Assembly (NCBI GenBank): GCA_043819795.1
Contig: JBDREN010000083.1
Span: 1 to 64,000, forward strand
Origin: Elusimicrobiota bacterium
GTDB taxonomy: Bacteria; Elusimicrobiota; Elusimicrobia; UBA1565
Direction of reading: 5' to 3'
DNA: 64,000 nt
Positions 56,017 to 64,000 of this stretch are shown piece by piece. Position numbers and translations under genes: made by a program. The notes below the pieces were generated by a model. The model had not been told where the DNA came from, ran no database searches, and was given only the letters and a program-made list of their open reading frames with translations. How positions within the stretch are numbered: position 1 is the first letter of the stretch; the number at the start of each line of letters is the position of its first letter.

Positions 56017-56816
56017 AGCCGAAGCTGAGCGTCATCGTCATCGCCCGCGACGAGGAGCGAGACCTGCCGGCCTGCCTCGAGAGCGTGCGGGGCCTCGACG
56101 CCGAGATCATCGTCCTGGACAGCGGCTCGACCGACCGCACGCGCGAGATCGCCCGCCGGTTCACGCCCCATGTCTTCCAGCAGCCCTTCCGGGACTTCGG
56201 CTCCCAGAAACAGTCGGCCTTGGAACGCGCCTCGGGCGAATGGGTCCTCTCTATCGACGCCGACGAACGCCTGAGCGGCGAGCTGCGCCTGGAGATCGCC
56301 CGCCTGATCGAGTCCCCCCCGGGCGGCGTCTCCGGCTACGACATCCCTTTCGAGGTCCACTTCATGGGCCGCCGCCTCCGGTTCGGCGGCCTGGGCCGGG
56401 AGCGGCACCTGCGCCTGTTCCGGCGCGGGGCCGGGGTCTTCACCGGAAACCACCTTCACGAGGGCGTCTCCGTCACGGGGGCGACGGCGCGCGCGGGCGC
56501 GCCGATCCGGCACATCCCCTACCGGGACCTCGACGACTATCTGGGGAAGCTGCGCGTCTACACGACCCGGGCCGCCCGCAAGAGATTCGACCAGGGGCGG
56601 AGGTTCCACCCGCTCCACCACCTGCTGCCGCTTTGGGAGTTCTTCCTGCGCGTCGTGGTGAGGCTCGGGATGCTGGACGGGACCCCCGGCCTGCTTTGGG
56701 CGGGGCTCTCTTCGTTCCATACGTGGATCAAATACGTGAAGCTGCGCGAGATCGCGGAGGAGCCCGGAAGCCTTCCACGCCTGGGTCCCGCGAGCAAGGG
56801 CGAGAGGAAGCGGTGA
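56013..56816 (+). CDS. Glycosyltransferase family 2 (WaaE/KdtX-like)
   Basis: LSVIVIARDEE, DSGSTDRT, WVLSIDADE, RLFRR, HE. Confidence 0.92.
   Translation: MKPKLSVIVIARDEERDLPACLESVRGLDAEIIVLDSGSTDRTREIARRFTPHVFQQPFRDFGSQKQSALERASGEWVLSIDADERLSGELRLEIARLIESPPGGVSGYDIPFEVHFMGRRLRFGGLGRERHLRLFRRGAGVFTGNHLHEGVSVTGATARAGAPIRHIPYRDLDDYLGKLRVYTTRAARKRFDQGRRFHPLHHLLPLWEFFLRVVVRLGMLDGTPGLLWAGLSSFHTWIKYVKLREIAEEPGSLPRLGPASKGERKR
56765..56807 (+). repeat. 43-bp dispersed repeat, copy 8 (forms the GT2 C-terminus)
   Basis: CGGAAGCCTTCCACGCCTGGGTCCCGCGAGCAAGGGCGAGAGG. Read as GSLPRLGPASKGER. Confidence 0.9.
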
Positions 56817-57631
56817 CCGGCCTTTATCTGGTGGCCGGCGGCATCGGAGCCATCTCGGCGGCGGCGGTCTCGGCCCGCTGGAACTGGTGGCGGCCGCGCG
56901 CGCACGGCCTTCCGGTGCTGATGTACCATAGGATCGGAGACCCCCCCGCGGGCAGCCGGCTGAAGAAGCTCTGGGTCCGCCTCGCGGATTTCCGCTGGCA
57001 GATGGAGCACCTGCTTCGCGACGGCTACACGCCGCTGCTCTTCTCCGAGCTGGAGGCCCTGGAGGCCGGGAAGAGCCCGAAGCCGCCCCGGCCGGTCATC
57101 ATCACCTTCGACGACGGCACGGCCGACAACTACGAGCTCGCCTTTCCGGCGCTGCGGGAGCTCGACGTCAAGGCGAACATCTTCCTGGTCTGCGACGCGG
57201 TCGGCGGACACAACTCCTGGGAGGACCCGGCCGTGGGCCCTTGGCAGCGGATGCTGAGCTGGGGACGGGTCCTGGAGATGCAGGAGTCGGGACTCGTCGA
57301 GTTCGGCTCCCATACCATGAGCCACCGCGACCTGGCGCGGCTGCCTGTGGAGGAAGCCCGCTGGGAGGTCCGTGAATCGAAAAAGCGGCTGGAGGACCGG
57401 CTCGGCCGGCCGGTGACGGCGTTCGCTTATCCCTACGGCTCCGGCGCCCGCGTCCCGGAGCTGCGCGCCGCGGTCCGCGAGGCCGGCTATCGCTACGACT
57501 ACGGGATCCGGCAGGGGATATCCCCATGGCCCGACGGCCGGGATGAGGCCGCCAAACGCCTGCTGATCCGCGGCGACGATCTCCGGATCGACTTCCGCCT
57601 CAACCTGACCCGCGGGAGGGCACGCCTCTGA
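56813..57631 (+). CDS. Polysaccharide deacetylase family protein
   Basis: GTG overlaps the upstream stop. PVLMYH, ITFDDG, GSHTMSH, FAYPYG. Confidence 0.92.
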   Translation: MTGLYLVAGGIGAISAAAVSARWNWWRPRAHGLPVLMYHRIGDPPAGSRLKKLWVRLADFRWQMEHLLRDGYTPLLFSELEALEAGKSPKPPRPVIITFDDGTADNYELAFPALRELDVKANIFLVCDAVGGHNSWEDPAVGPWQRMLSWGRVLEMQESGLVEFGSHTMSHRDLARLPVEEARWEVRESKKRLEDRLGRPVTAFAYPYGSGARVPELRAAVREAGYRYDYGIRQGISPWPDGRDEAAKRLLIRGDDLRIDFRLNLTRGRARL

Positions 57632-58710
57632 TGCATCCTCCCCGCAGGATACTCGTCATCATGCTTCGCCGCATCGGCGACGTGATCCTCACGACCCCCG
57701 CGGTCCGCGCCCTGCGCCGGCTTTATCCCGACGCCGTCATCGACTTCCTCGTCGAGCCCCCCGCGCACGAGCTGCTGGCCGGCGATCCGGACATCTCGAA
57801 CGTCCTCGTCTACGGAGGCGCGGATCTTCCGTTAAGGAGAGGGCTTCCTCGCACGCTGCGTGCGCTTTGGGATTACGTATACTGGCCGTGGCGCGTATTC
57901 CGCTCGCGATACGACTGGGTCATCGATTTCATGGGCAATCCCCGCACCGCGGTGCTGACGTTCCTGAGCCGGGCCGGGGTCCGGGCCGGGCCGGGGCGCG
58001 TCTCGCACCGATGGGCGTACACTCATCGGCTCCGGCAGCCCTCCGAAGCGTGCTACGGCGCCCTCGAGAAGATCCGCATGCTGCGCTCGCTCGGGCTCGA
58101 CCCGGACGAGTCGGACGCCCTTCCGCGCCTGAGCCCGGACCCGAGTTCCGAGGAGTTCGCGCGCGCCACGCTCAACCGCCTGCCGGAACCCGCGGGGCCG
58201 CTGATCGGCGTCGTCCCCGCCTCCCGCCGCGTCACCCGCCGGTGGCCGGCCGAATCCTTCGCGCGGCTCGGCCGGATGCTGCGCGACCGGCACGGGGCGA
58301 GCCTGCTGGTATTCTGGGGGCCCGGCGAGCGGGAGCTCGCGCGCAGGGTCCGCGACGGGATCGGCGAGGGGGCGCACCTTTCCCCGGAGACGAAGAGCCT
58401 GCGGGAGCTCGCCGCGCTCGTCGGACGTTGCCGGTTGGTGGTGACGAACTGCAACGGCCCCAAGCACATCGCGGTCGGCCGCGGCGTGCCCACGCTCACG
58501 ATCCACGGATCCAGCGACCCCGTGTCCTGGACGCCCATGGGCGATGTCCGCCATCGCGCGTCCCGGCTCGACCTGCTCCACTGCATCGGCTGCAGGCGCA
58601 ACCGCTGCCCGTATTCGCTTGAATGCATGACGGAGCTGACGGCCGAGCAGGTCTGCACGACCGCCGAGAATCTCCTGAGATTGACCGGCAACGGAAGGCT
58701 GCCCGGATGA
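57631..58710 (+). CDS. Glycosyltransferase family 9
   Basis: RRIGDVILTTP, RRWP, TNCNGPKH, terminal C-x2-C cluster. Confidence 0.9.
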   Translation: MHPPRRILVIMLRRIGDVILTTPAVRALRRLYPDAVIDFLVEPPAHELLAGDPDISNVLVYGGADLPLRRGLPRTLRALWDYVYWPWRVFRSRYDWVIDFMGNPRTAVLTFLSRAGVRAGPGRVSHRWAYTHRLRQPSEACYGALEKIRMLRSLGLDPDESDALPRLSPDPSSEEFARATLNRLPEPAGPLIGVVPASRRVTRRWPAESFARLGRMLRDRHGASLLVFWGPGERELARRVRDGIGEGAHLSPETKSLRELAALVGRCRLVVTNCNGPKHIAVGRGVPTLTIHGSSDPVSWTPMGDVRHRASRLDLLHCIGCRRNRCPYSLECMTELTAEQVCTTAENLLRLTGNGRLPG

Positions 58711-59855
58711 GGCCCGAGGCGCTCCGCAATCGGATCCAGGCCCACGCCGCGGGAAGGCTATTGCTCGGCGCGCTCGCGCTCCTCTACGGCGCGGCGGTCC
58801 TGCTGCGCAACATCCTGTACTGGCTCCGCCTGCTTCCGAGCAGGAAGCTGCCGGTCAGGACGGTCTGCGTCGGCAACCTGACGACCGGCGGGACCGGGAA
58901 GACGAGCGCCGTGCTCCTGGCGGCGCAGACGCTGCACAAGAAACAGGTGAGTACGGCCATCCTCAGCCGGGGCTACGGCCGCCGGCGCAAGGCGCGCGAC
59001 GTCCAGGTCCTGCTCAACACGCAAAGCGCGCGCTGGGAGGAGACCGGGGACGAGCCCTGGATGATGCACCGCGCCCTGAAGGGCACCGCCATCCCGATCC
59101 TCATCTCGTCGGACCGCTGTCGCGCCGGCGACACGGCCCTGACCTACTACAAGCCGCAGGTGCTCCTGCTCGACGACGGCTTCCAGCACCGCAAGCTGCG
59201 GCGGGACCTCGACATCGTCCTCATCAACGCCATCAACCCCTTCGGGGGAGGCAAGCTGCTGCCGGCCGGGAACCTGCGCGAACCCCTGCGCGCCCTGCGG
59301 CGCGCCGGGCTGGCCGTCATCACCCACGCGGATCAGGTCCCGTCGCGGCGTCTCGCCGAGATCCGCGAGACGATCAATGGGTACAATCCCAAGCTCCCGG
59401 TGCTCGAGGCGATCCACCGCGCCGACTTCCTTCTCGACCTGAAGCGCGACCGCAGACGGCGGCTCTCCCACATCAAGAAGAAGGCGGTGGCCTGTTTCTC
59501 CGGGATCGGGGACCCCCGCCCCTTCGAGGAACAGCTGCGCCGTATCGGGTCCCGCCTGATCCAGACATGGCGCTATCCCGACCACCACCCGTACACCCTC
59601 GACGAGCTTCGCTCGATCGAGAGCCTCCGCCGCGGGCTCCCGGTCCTCACCACGTTCAAGGACTTCCCCCGGCTGCCGCCCGGCTGGCAGGAGATCCTGC
59701 GCGGAGAGGTCCTGGCGCTGGGCATACGCATGGAGATCACGAAGGGGCGGCCCTTGTGGGAGGAGGCCCTCTGGCCCCCCCCCGCGAGCGCGAAGCGCCC
59801 GCAAGATCACAAGCCCGCTAGCGAAAAAGGCCGGGAAAAGGATAAGACATCATGA
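58707..59855 (+). CDS. lpxK: Tetraacyldisaccharide 4'-kinase
   Basis: VGNLTTGGTGKT, LSRGYG, GDEP, LDDGFQH, LPAGNLRE, PDHH, TT.KD. Confidence 0.95.
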   Translation: MRPEALRNRIQAHAAGRLLLGALALLYGAAVLLRNILYWLRLLPSRKLPVRTVCVGNLTTGGTGKTSAVLLAAQTLHKKQVSTAILSRGYGRRRKARDVQVLLNTQSARWEETGDEPWMMHRALKGTAIPILISSDRCRAGDTALTYYKPQVLLLDDGFQHRKLRRDLDIVLINAINPFGGGKLLPAGNLREPLRALRRAGLAVITHADQVPSRRLAEIRETINGYNPKLPVLEAIHRADFLLDLKRDRRRRLSHIKKKAVACFSGIGDPRPFEEQLRRIGSRLIQTWRYPDHHPYTLDELRSIESLRRGLPVLTTFKDFPRLPPGWQEILRGEVLALGIRMEITKGRPLWEEALWPPPASAKRPQDHKPASEKGREKDKTS

Positions 59856-60466
59856 GACCCAGATCACCCCGAAAGCCGTCCCCCCGTACCGGGGCCGCGC
59901 CCCGCTCGCCCGTGGTATTCCTGGACCGCGACGGCACAATCATCCACGACCGGCCGGGGTTCTACCTCAAGCGGCCGGAGCAGTTGCGCCTCTACGCCAG
60001 CACCCCGCCGGCGCTGCGACTGCTTCGCGACGCCGGTTACCGCCTCGTCGTGCTCTCCAATCAGAGCGGCATCGGCCGCGGCTTCCTCGACCACGCGACG
60101 CTGGCGCGCATCCATCGCCGGTTGCTGAGCGCGTTGCGCCGCCGCGGAGCGGACCTCGACGCGATCTACTTCTGCCCGCACCATCCCGCCGACGGGTGCC
60201 GCTGCCGCAAGCCCTCGCCGGTGCTGGCCCGACGGGCCCTCCGGGAGAACCACATCACGCTCAGGGGTTCCGTCGTCGTCGGCGACAAGAAGGCGGACAT
60301 CGACCTGGCGCGCGCGATCGGCATCCCGTCGGTGCTGCTCAAGACCGGCCACGGCCGGGAGCAGCGCGCCATGTTCGGGCGAAGACTGAGGCCGACCCAC
60401 GTGGCGCGCGACATCCTAGGCGCCGCTCGATGGATATTGAAGTCCGTGCCGAGGCCCCCGCGGTGA
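59852..60466 (+). CDS. gmhB: D-glycero-manno-heptose 1,7-bisphosphate phosphatase
   Basis: FLDRDGT, SNQSGIGRG, CPHHP...C.CRKP, VGDK..D. Confidence 0.92.
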   Translation: MRPRSPRKPSPRTGAAPRSPVVFLDRDGTIIHDRPGFYLKRPEQLRLYASTPPALRLLRDAGYRLVVLSNQSGIGRGFLDHATLARIHRRLLSALRRRGADLDAIYFCPHHPADGCRCRKPSPVLARRALRENHITLRGSVVVGDKKADIDLARAIGIPSVLLKTGHGREQRAMFGRRLRPTHVARDILGAARWILKSVPRPPR

Positions 60467-60494
60467 CGCCCCGCATTCGAACGGTCCGCCCGCG

Positions 60495-61334
60495 ATGAGG
60501 CTTGGCTGGCTGGGACTGGCTCTGCTGATCCCCTCGGCGGCCGGGGCCGAGCCCTCATTGCCCCACGGCGAGCCGGTGCGGATCACGAGCGACACGGTCC
60601 CGTCCCCATACGCCCTCATCGCCGGCACCCTGCCCTACTCGTCGGAGTACGCCCAGGTCCCCTGGTTCCCCGAGTCCCTCGAGTTCGAGGTCAAATGGGG
60701 CGTGTTCTCCATGGGGTTCGCGACCATGGAGTCCAAGAGGATCGTGGATTTCGGGGGCCAGCCCGCCTTCGAGATCGTGTCCACGGCGAGATCGAACCGG
60801 TTCGCGGACAGCTTCTACCAGGTCCGCGACATCAACGAATCCTGGATCCGAGCACGCGACCTGAGCTCTCTGGGATACTCGAAGAAGCTGCGCGAAGGGA
60901 AGTTCTTCCGCGACGAGTGGGTCCTCTTCGACTACGGCCGCAAGAGCTTCCTGTCCAAGCGCGTCAACCGCGACGGCAGCTTCAGCCATAGCGCGGGGGA
61001 CATACCCGGCACGGTCCAGGACATCCTTTCGAGCATGTACTATATCCGCCCCCGCCGCCTCGAAGTGGGCGATGAGATCACGCTGGACGTCAACACGAAG
61101 GAGAACTGGCCGCTGGTGATCAAGGTCCTGCGCAAGGCCACGGTCCAGGTCCCGGCCGGACGCTTCCGGACTGTCGTCGTCGAGCCGTTCCTCCGGAAGG
61201 AGGGCATCTTCATCCAGAAGGGCAAGAGGATGCGCGTCTGGGTCACCGACGACGAGCGCCACATCCCGGTCCTCCTGAAGGTGGAGATCGTCTTCGGCCA
61301 CATCTCCGCTTATCTCACCAAGATCGACCGCTGA
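60495..61334 (+). CDS. DUF3108 family exported protein
   Basis: Signal peptide, QDILSSMYYIR, VPAGRF, VWVTDDERHIPV. Confidence 0.8.
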   Translation: MRLGWLGLALLIPSAAGAEPSLPHGEPVRITSDTVPSPYALIAGTLPYSSEYAQVPWFPESLEFEVKWGVFSMGFATMESKRIVDFGGQPAFEIVSTARSNRFADSFYQVRDINESWIRARDLSSLGYSKKLREGKFFRDEWVLFDYGRKSFLSKRVNRDGSFSHSAGDIPGTVQDILSSMYYIRPRRLEVGDEITLDVNTKENWPLVIKVLRKATVQVPAGRFRTVVVEPFLRKEGIFIQKGKRMRVWVTDDERHIPVLLKVEIVFGHISAYLTKIDR

Positions 61335-63391
61335 TGCCGCCCGCGGCCCTCCGGCGCCTGAAAGAGCCGGCGATCGTGCTCCTGATCCTGGCGGCGGCGA
61401 TCGCCGTCGTCTACGCCGTCGTCCTGGGAGCGCCCGTCGTATACGACGACGACGTCCTGGTCCGGGGGAACCCGGCGTTCCTCCTCCCGCCGGCGGAGTT
61501 CTGGAGCCGCCTTTGGTCGCTCGACTATTTCGCGTTCACGCAGGAGCGCTCTTACCAGCCGCTCGTGACGCTGCTGCACTACCCGCTCTTCCGGCTGCCC
61601 TGGGCGTACCGGAGCCTGGGACTGGCTCTGCACGCGGCCAACGGCCTGCTCGTCTACGCGATCGGCCGCCGGCTCGCGTTCGGCTCCGGCCAAGCGCTGG
61701 CCGCGGCGCTCCTGTTCGCGCTGTTCCCGGCGTCCACTGAGGCCCTCAACATCTCGTCGTTCAAGGGCCACCCGCTCGCGCTCGCGTTCTCCCTGAGCAC
61801 GCTGCTCGCCTGGATGCGAACCGGCGAACGGCCTTCGGCCCCGGCCCCGCTCGCCCCCGCTCGCGGGGCCCAGAAATTGAAGGCTTCCGCCCCGCTTCTC
61901 CTCGCCCATCTTTCGCTCGTCTTCGCCCTGCTGTCCAAAGAGACCGGGCTCATCGCCCCGGCGCTCGTCGTCGTCCACGCGCTGTGCTATCTGCGCGGGC
62001 GGCCGCGGGCGGCTCTCTGGCGCGCTTCGGGCCTGCTGGCGCTCAGCGCCCTCTATCTTTGGTTCCGCTTCGGGCTGCTCCCGCCGCCCCCTTCCCTGGC
62101 GCCCGGGGAACGTGCCGTCGCGACGCTCTGGCTCCCCTGGGAGTCCTTCGGCTGGTACTTAAAGACCCTGATCGCGCCGCTGCCCCTCTGCCTGGAGCAT
62201 TCCCTGGACCACGGGCCCTCGGCGACGGCCCGTGCCGGGGCCGCCTTCCGCATGCTCTTGCCCGCGCTCTACGCCTTGCTGCTGTGGCGCTGGCGGCGCC
62301 GGTCCGACAGGCTCTTTTTGCTGCTCTGGATACTCGCCGCCACGCTCCCCTTCCTGCACCTGATCCCGTTCTCCAACTACAGCCCGGTCGCCGACCGCTA
62401 CCTCTACGCGGCCTCGGCCGGTCTCTCGCTTCTGGCGGTCCGCGGTCTCTGGGACACGCGCATGAGGGCCGCCCTCCTGGCCGTCGCGCTCGCCTGGGGC
62501 GCGCTTTCCATCGCCCGCAACGCCCTGTATAGGGACACCCGCGCCCTCTACGAGCAGACCGCCGCGTGCGCTCCCGGCAACCCGCGCGCGCACGCCCTGC
62601 TGGCGGGCTGGCACTACAGCGCGGGGCGCGATTATCCCGCGGCGCTCGAGGGCTTCCGCCGGGCCTTCGCCTTGGCCCCGGAGCTCTTGTCCCACTTCCG
62701 CGACCCGGGACTCGTGCATGCGCAGCGCCCCTCGTATATCCTCGGGCTGATCCATCACCGGATGGGCGACGAAGACCGGGCCGCCGAGCTGCTCGAGCGG
62801 GCGCTGGGAGCCGAAAGCCGGCCCCTCGCCCGCGCCGCCCTCCATGAGAAGCTGGGCGACGTCCACGGGGCGCGGGGGGACCTCTCCCGGGCGCTGGCCG
62901 AATACCGGGCCGCGCGCGCCATCCTGCCGCACTGGGGATTGCCGTACCTCAAAGAGGGCCTCGCGCTCCAGACGAGCCAGCCCGCGCGTGCTCTGGCTCT
63001 CATGGAGCGCTCCCGCGCCCTGACCCCGGACCACGACGAGCCCCACCGCCGCCTGCAGGCCAGGATCGACCGGCTGCTCGGGGACGCCTATCTGGCGCAA
63101 GGGATGCCCGAGAGGGCCGTTCGCGCCTGGGAGTCGGCCGAAGCCAAGGTCCCGGGCCGACTGGACCTCCTGCTCCACCTAGCCGACACCTACCGGAGCA
63201 TCGGGGATCGATCGGCTTCCGCTTCGGCCTACCGCCGCGCCCTGGCCGCGGCGGACCGGACCCTCGCCCGGCTTCGCCGGCTTCCGGAGGCCGGCGCCGG
63301 CACGGCTGAGTCGGAGAGGCTCATCTCCTCCGTGCGCCGGCAGGCGCGGAAGGCGGAGGCGGCGCTCCGAGAGCTCGAATCGGCCCCCTGA
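61334..63391 (+). CDS. TMTC-like GT-C membrane glycosyltransferase with TPR repeats
   Basis: YDD, YQPL, LH..N..L, ALLSKE, ADRYLY, then TPR helices. Confidence 0.8.
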   Translation: MPPAALRRLKEPAIVLLILAAAIAVVYAVVLGAPVVYDDDVLVRGNPAFLLPPAEFWSRLWSLDYFAFTQERSYQPLVTLLHYPLFRLPWAYRSLGLALHAANGLLVYAIGRRLAFGSGQALAAALLFALFPASTEALNISSFKGHPLALAFSLSTLLAWMRTGERPSAPAPLAPARGAQKLKASAPLLLAHLSLVFALLSKETGLIAPALVVVHALCYLRGRPRAALWRASGLLALSALYLWFRFGLLPPPPSLAPGERAVATLWLPWESFGWYLKTLIAPLPLCLEHSLDHGPSATARAGAAFRMLLPALYALLLWRWRRRSDRLFLLLWILAATLPFLHLIPFSNYSPVADRYLYAASAGLSLLAVRGLWDTRMRAALLAVALAWGALSIARNALYRDTRALYEQTAACAPGNPRAHALLAGWHYSAGRDYPAALEGFRRAFALAPELLSHFRDPGLVHAQRPSYILGLIHHRMGDEDRAAELLERALGAESRPLARAALHEKLGDVHGARGDLSRALAEYRAARAILPHWGLPYLKEGLALQTSQPARALALMERSRALTPDHDEPHRRLQARIDRLLGDAYLAQGMPERAVRAWESAEAKVPGRLDLLLHLADTYRSIGDRSASASAYRRALAAADRTLARLRRLPEAGAGTAESERLISSVRRQARKAEAALRELESAP
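61847..61889 (-). repeat. 43-bp dispersed repeat, copy 9 (inverted, in a loop between TM helices)
   Basis: Reverse complement is CGGAAGCCTTCAATTTCTGGGCCCCGCGAGCGGGGGCGAGCGG. Read as PLAPARGAQKLKAS. Confidence 0.88.
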
Positions 63392-63402
63392 TGATTCCTA
63401 TT

Positions 63403-63411
63403 TGATATAAT
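63403..63411 (+). promoter_or_regulatory. Extended -10 promoter
   Basis: Consensus TGaTATAAT, 17 bp upstream of ATG 63428. Confidence 0.6.
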
Positions 63412-63427
63412 TTTGCTGGAAAACACG

Positions 63428-64000
63428 ATGAAACCCTCCCGCCCGTCGCTCAAACGCCTGCTTTCCATCCTGGCGCGATTCCGCCGGAGACGAGTGCTCG
63501 TTCTCGGCGATCTGATGCTCGACCATTTCGTTCGGGGACGCGTGAACCGCCTCTCGCCCGAGGCGCCGGTGCCGGTCGTCGCCGTCGACGAGGAGACCCA
63601 TATGCCGGGAGGGGCCGGCAACGTCTGCAGCAACCTTAGCGCCCTCGGCGCGGCCGTCTCGGTGTTCGGCGTGCTCGGCGACGACGCGGCCGGCGGCCAG
63701 CTGATCCGGGACCTCCAGGCCAGAGGCGTGGACACCGGAGGCGTCGTGCTCGACGCCTTGCGCGTGACGACGCAGAAGTGCCGCATCGTCGCGGAGCACC
63801 AGCAGGTGGTCCGGTTCGACCGGGAGACCCCTCGCGTGCTCTCCGCGCAGACGCAGTCGAAGCTCCTCCGGAAGCTGAGCGAGGCGATGAGCGGGGCCGA
63901 CGCGGTGGTGGTTTCCGATTACGGAAAAGGCGTCGTCACGGCGAACGCCGTGCGTAAGGCGCTGCGGGCGGCGCACCGCGCCCGGCTGCCGGTCGTCGTC
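63428..64000 (+). CDS. rfaE1: D-glycero-manno-heptose-7-phosphate kinase (HldE/RfaE domain I), runs off the window
   Basis: Translated by hand: VLVLGDLMLDHF..G.V.RLSPEAPVPVV, PGGAGNV, TTQKCR, QQVVRFDRE, SDYGKG. Confidence 0.92.
   Translation, partial: MKPSRPSLKRLLSILARFRRRRVLVLGDLMLDHFVRGRVNRLSPEAPVPVVAVDEETHMPGGAGNVCSNLSALGAAVSVFGVLGDDAAGGQLIRDLQARGVDTGGVVLDALRVTTQKCRIVAEHQQVVRFDRETPRVLSAQTQSKLLRKLSEAMSGADAVVVSDYGKGVVTANAVRKALRAAHRARLPVVV

Noticed and set aside
59775..59783. C9 tract in lpxK as a phase-variation site
   Set aside because: It lies after the catalytic domain, so slippage would change only the tail.

Overview
High-GC bacterial chromosomal window from a diderm, LPS-producing organism. 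The gene mix suggests Elusimicrobiota or a similar lineage (inference only). Left part: a PilT-family ATPase operon with a secreted Cys-repeat protein, then a ~14 kb minus-strand locus. That locus encodes a PAS histidine kinase, a 2,532-aa coiled-coil histidine kinase, a receiver-TM-extracytoplasmic propeller protein, a LysM protein, an OM beta-barrel and a double-AMIN protein. Middle part: a 1,746-aa exported protein, envelope glycosyltransferases, lgt, a HEAT/metallopeptidase-CTD/PorV-like cluster and tRNA-Arg(TCG). Right part: a housekeeping run (yebC-ruvCAB-spoIID-queA-tgt-yajC-secDF) and an LPS cluster (waaA, GT9/GT4/GT2, lpxK, gmhB, rfaE1). Three families of small repeats are superimposed on these genes: (i) MITEs with terminal inverted repeats; (ii) a 43-bp repeat present about 9 times, mostly inside ORFs, in several reading frames and both orientations; (iii) a 53-bp mini-ORF cassette that sits at start codons, carries its own SD inside a hairpin and ends in an ATGA overlap. 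No transposase, integrase or CRISPR array was seen.
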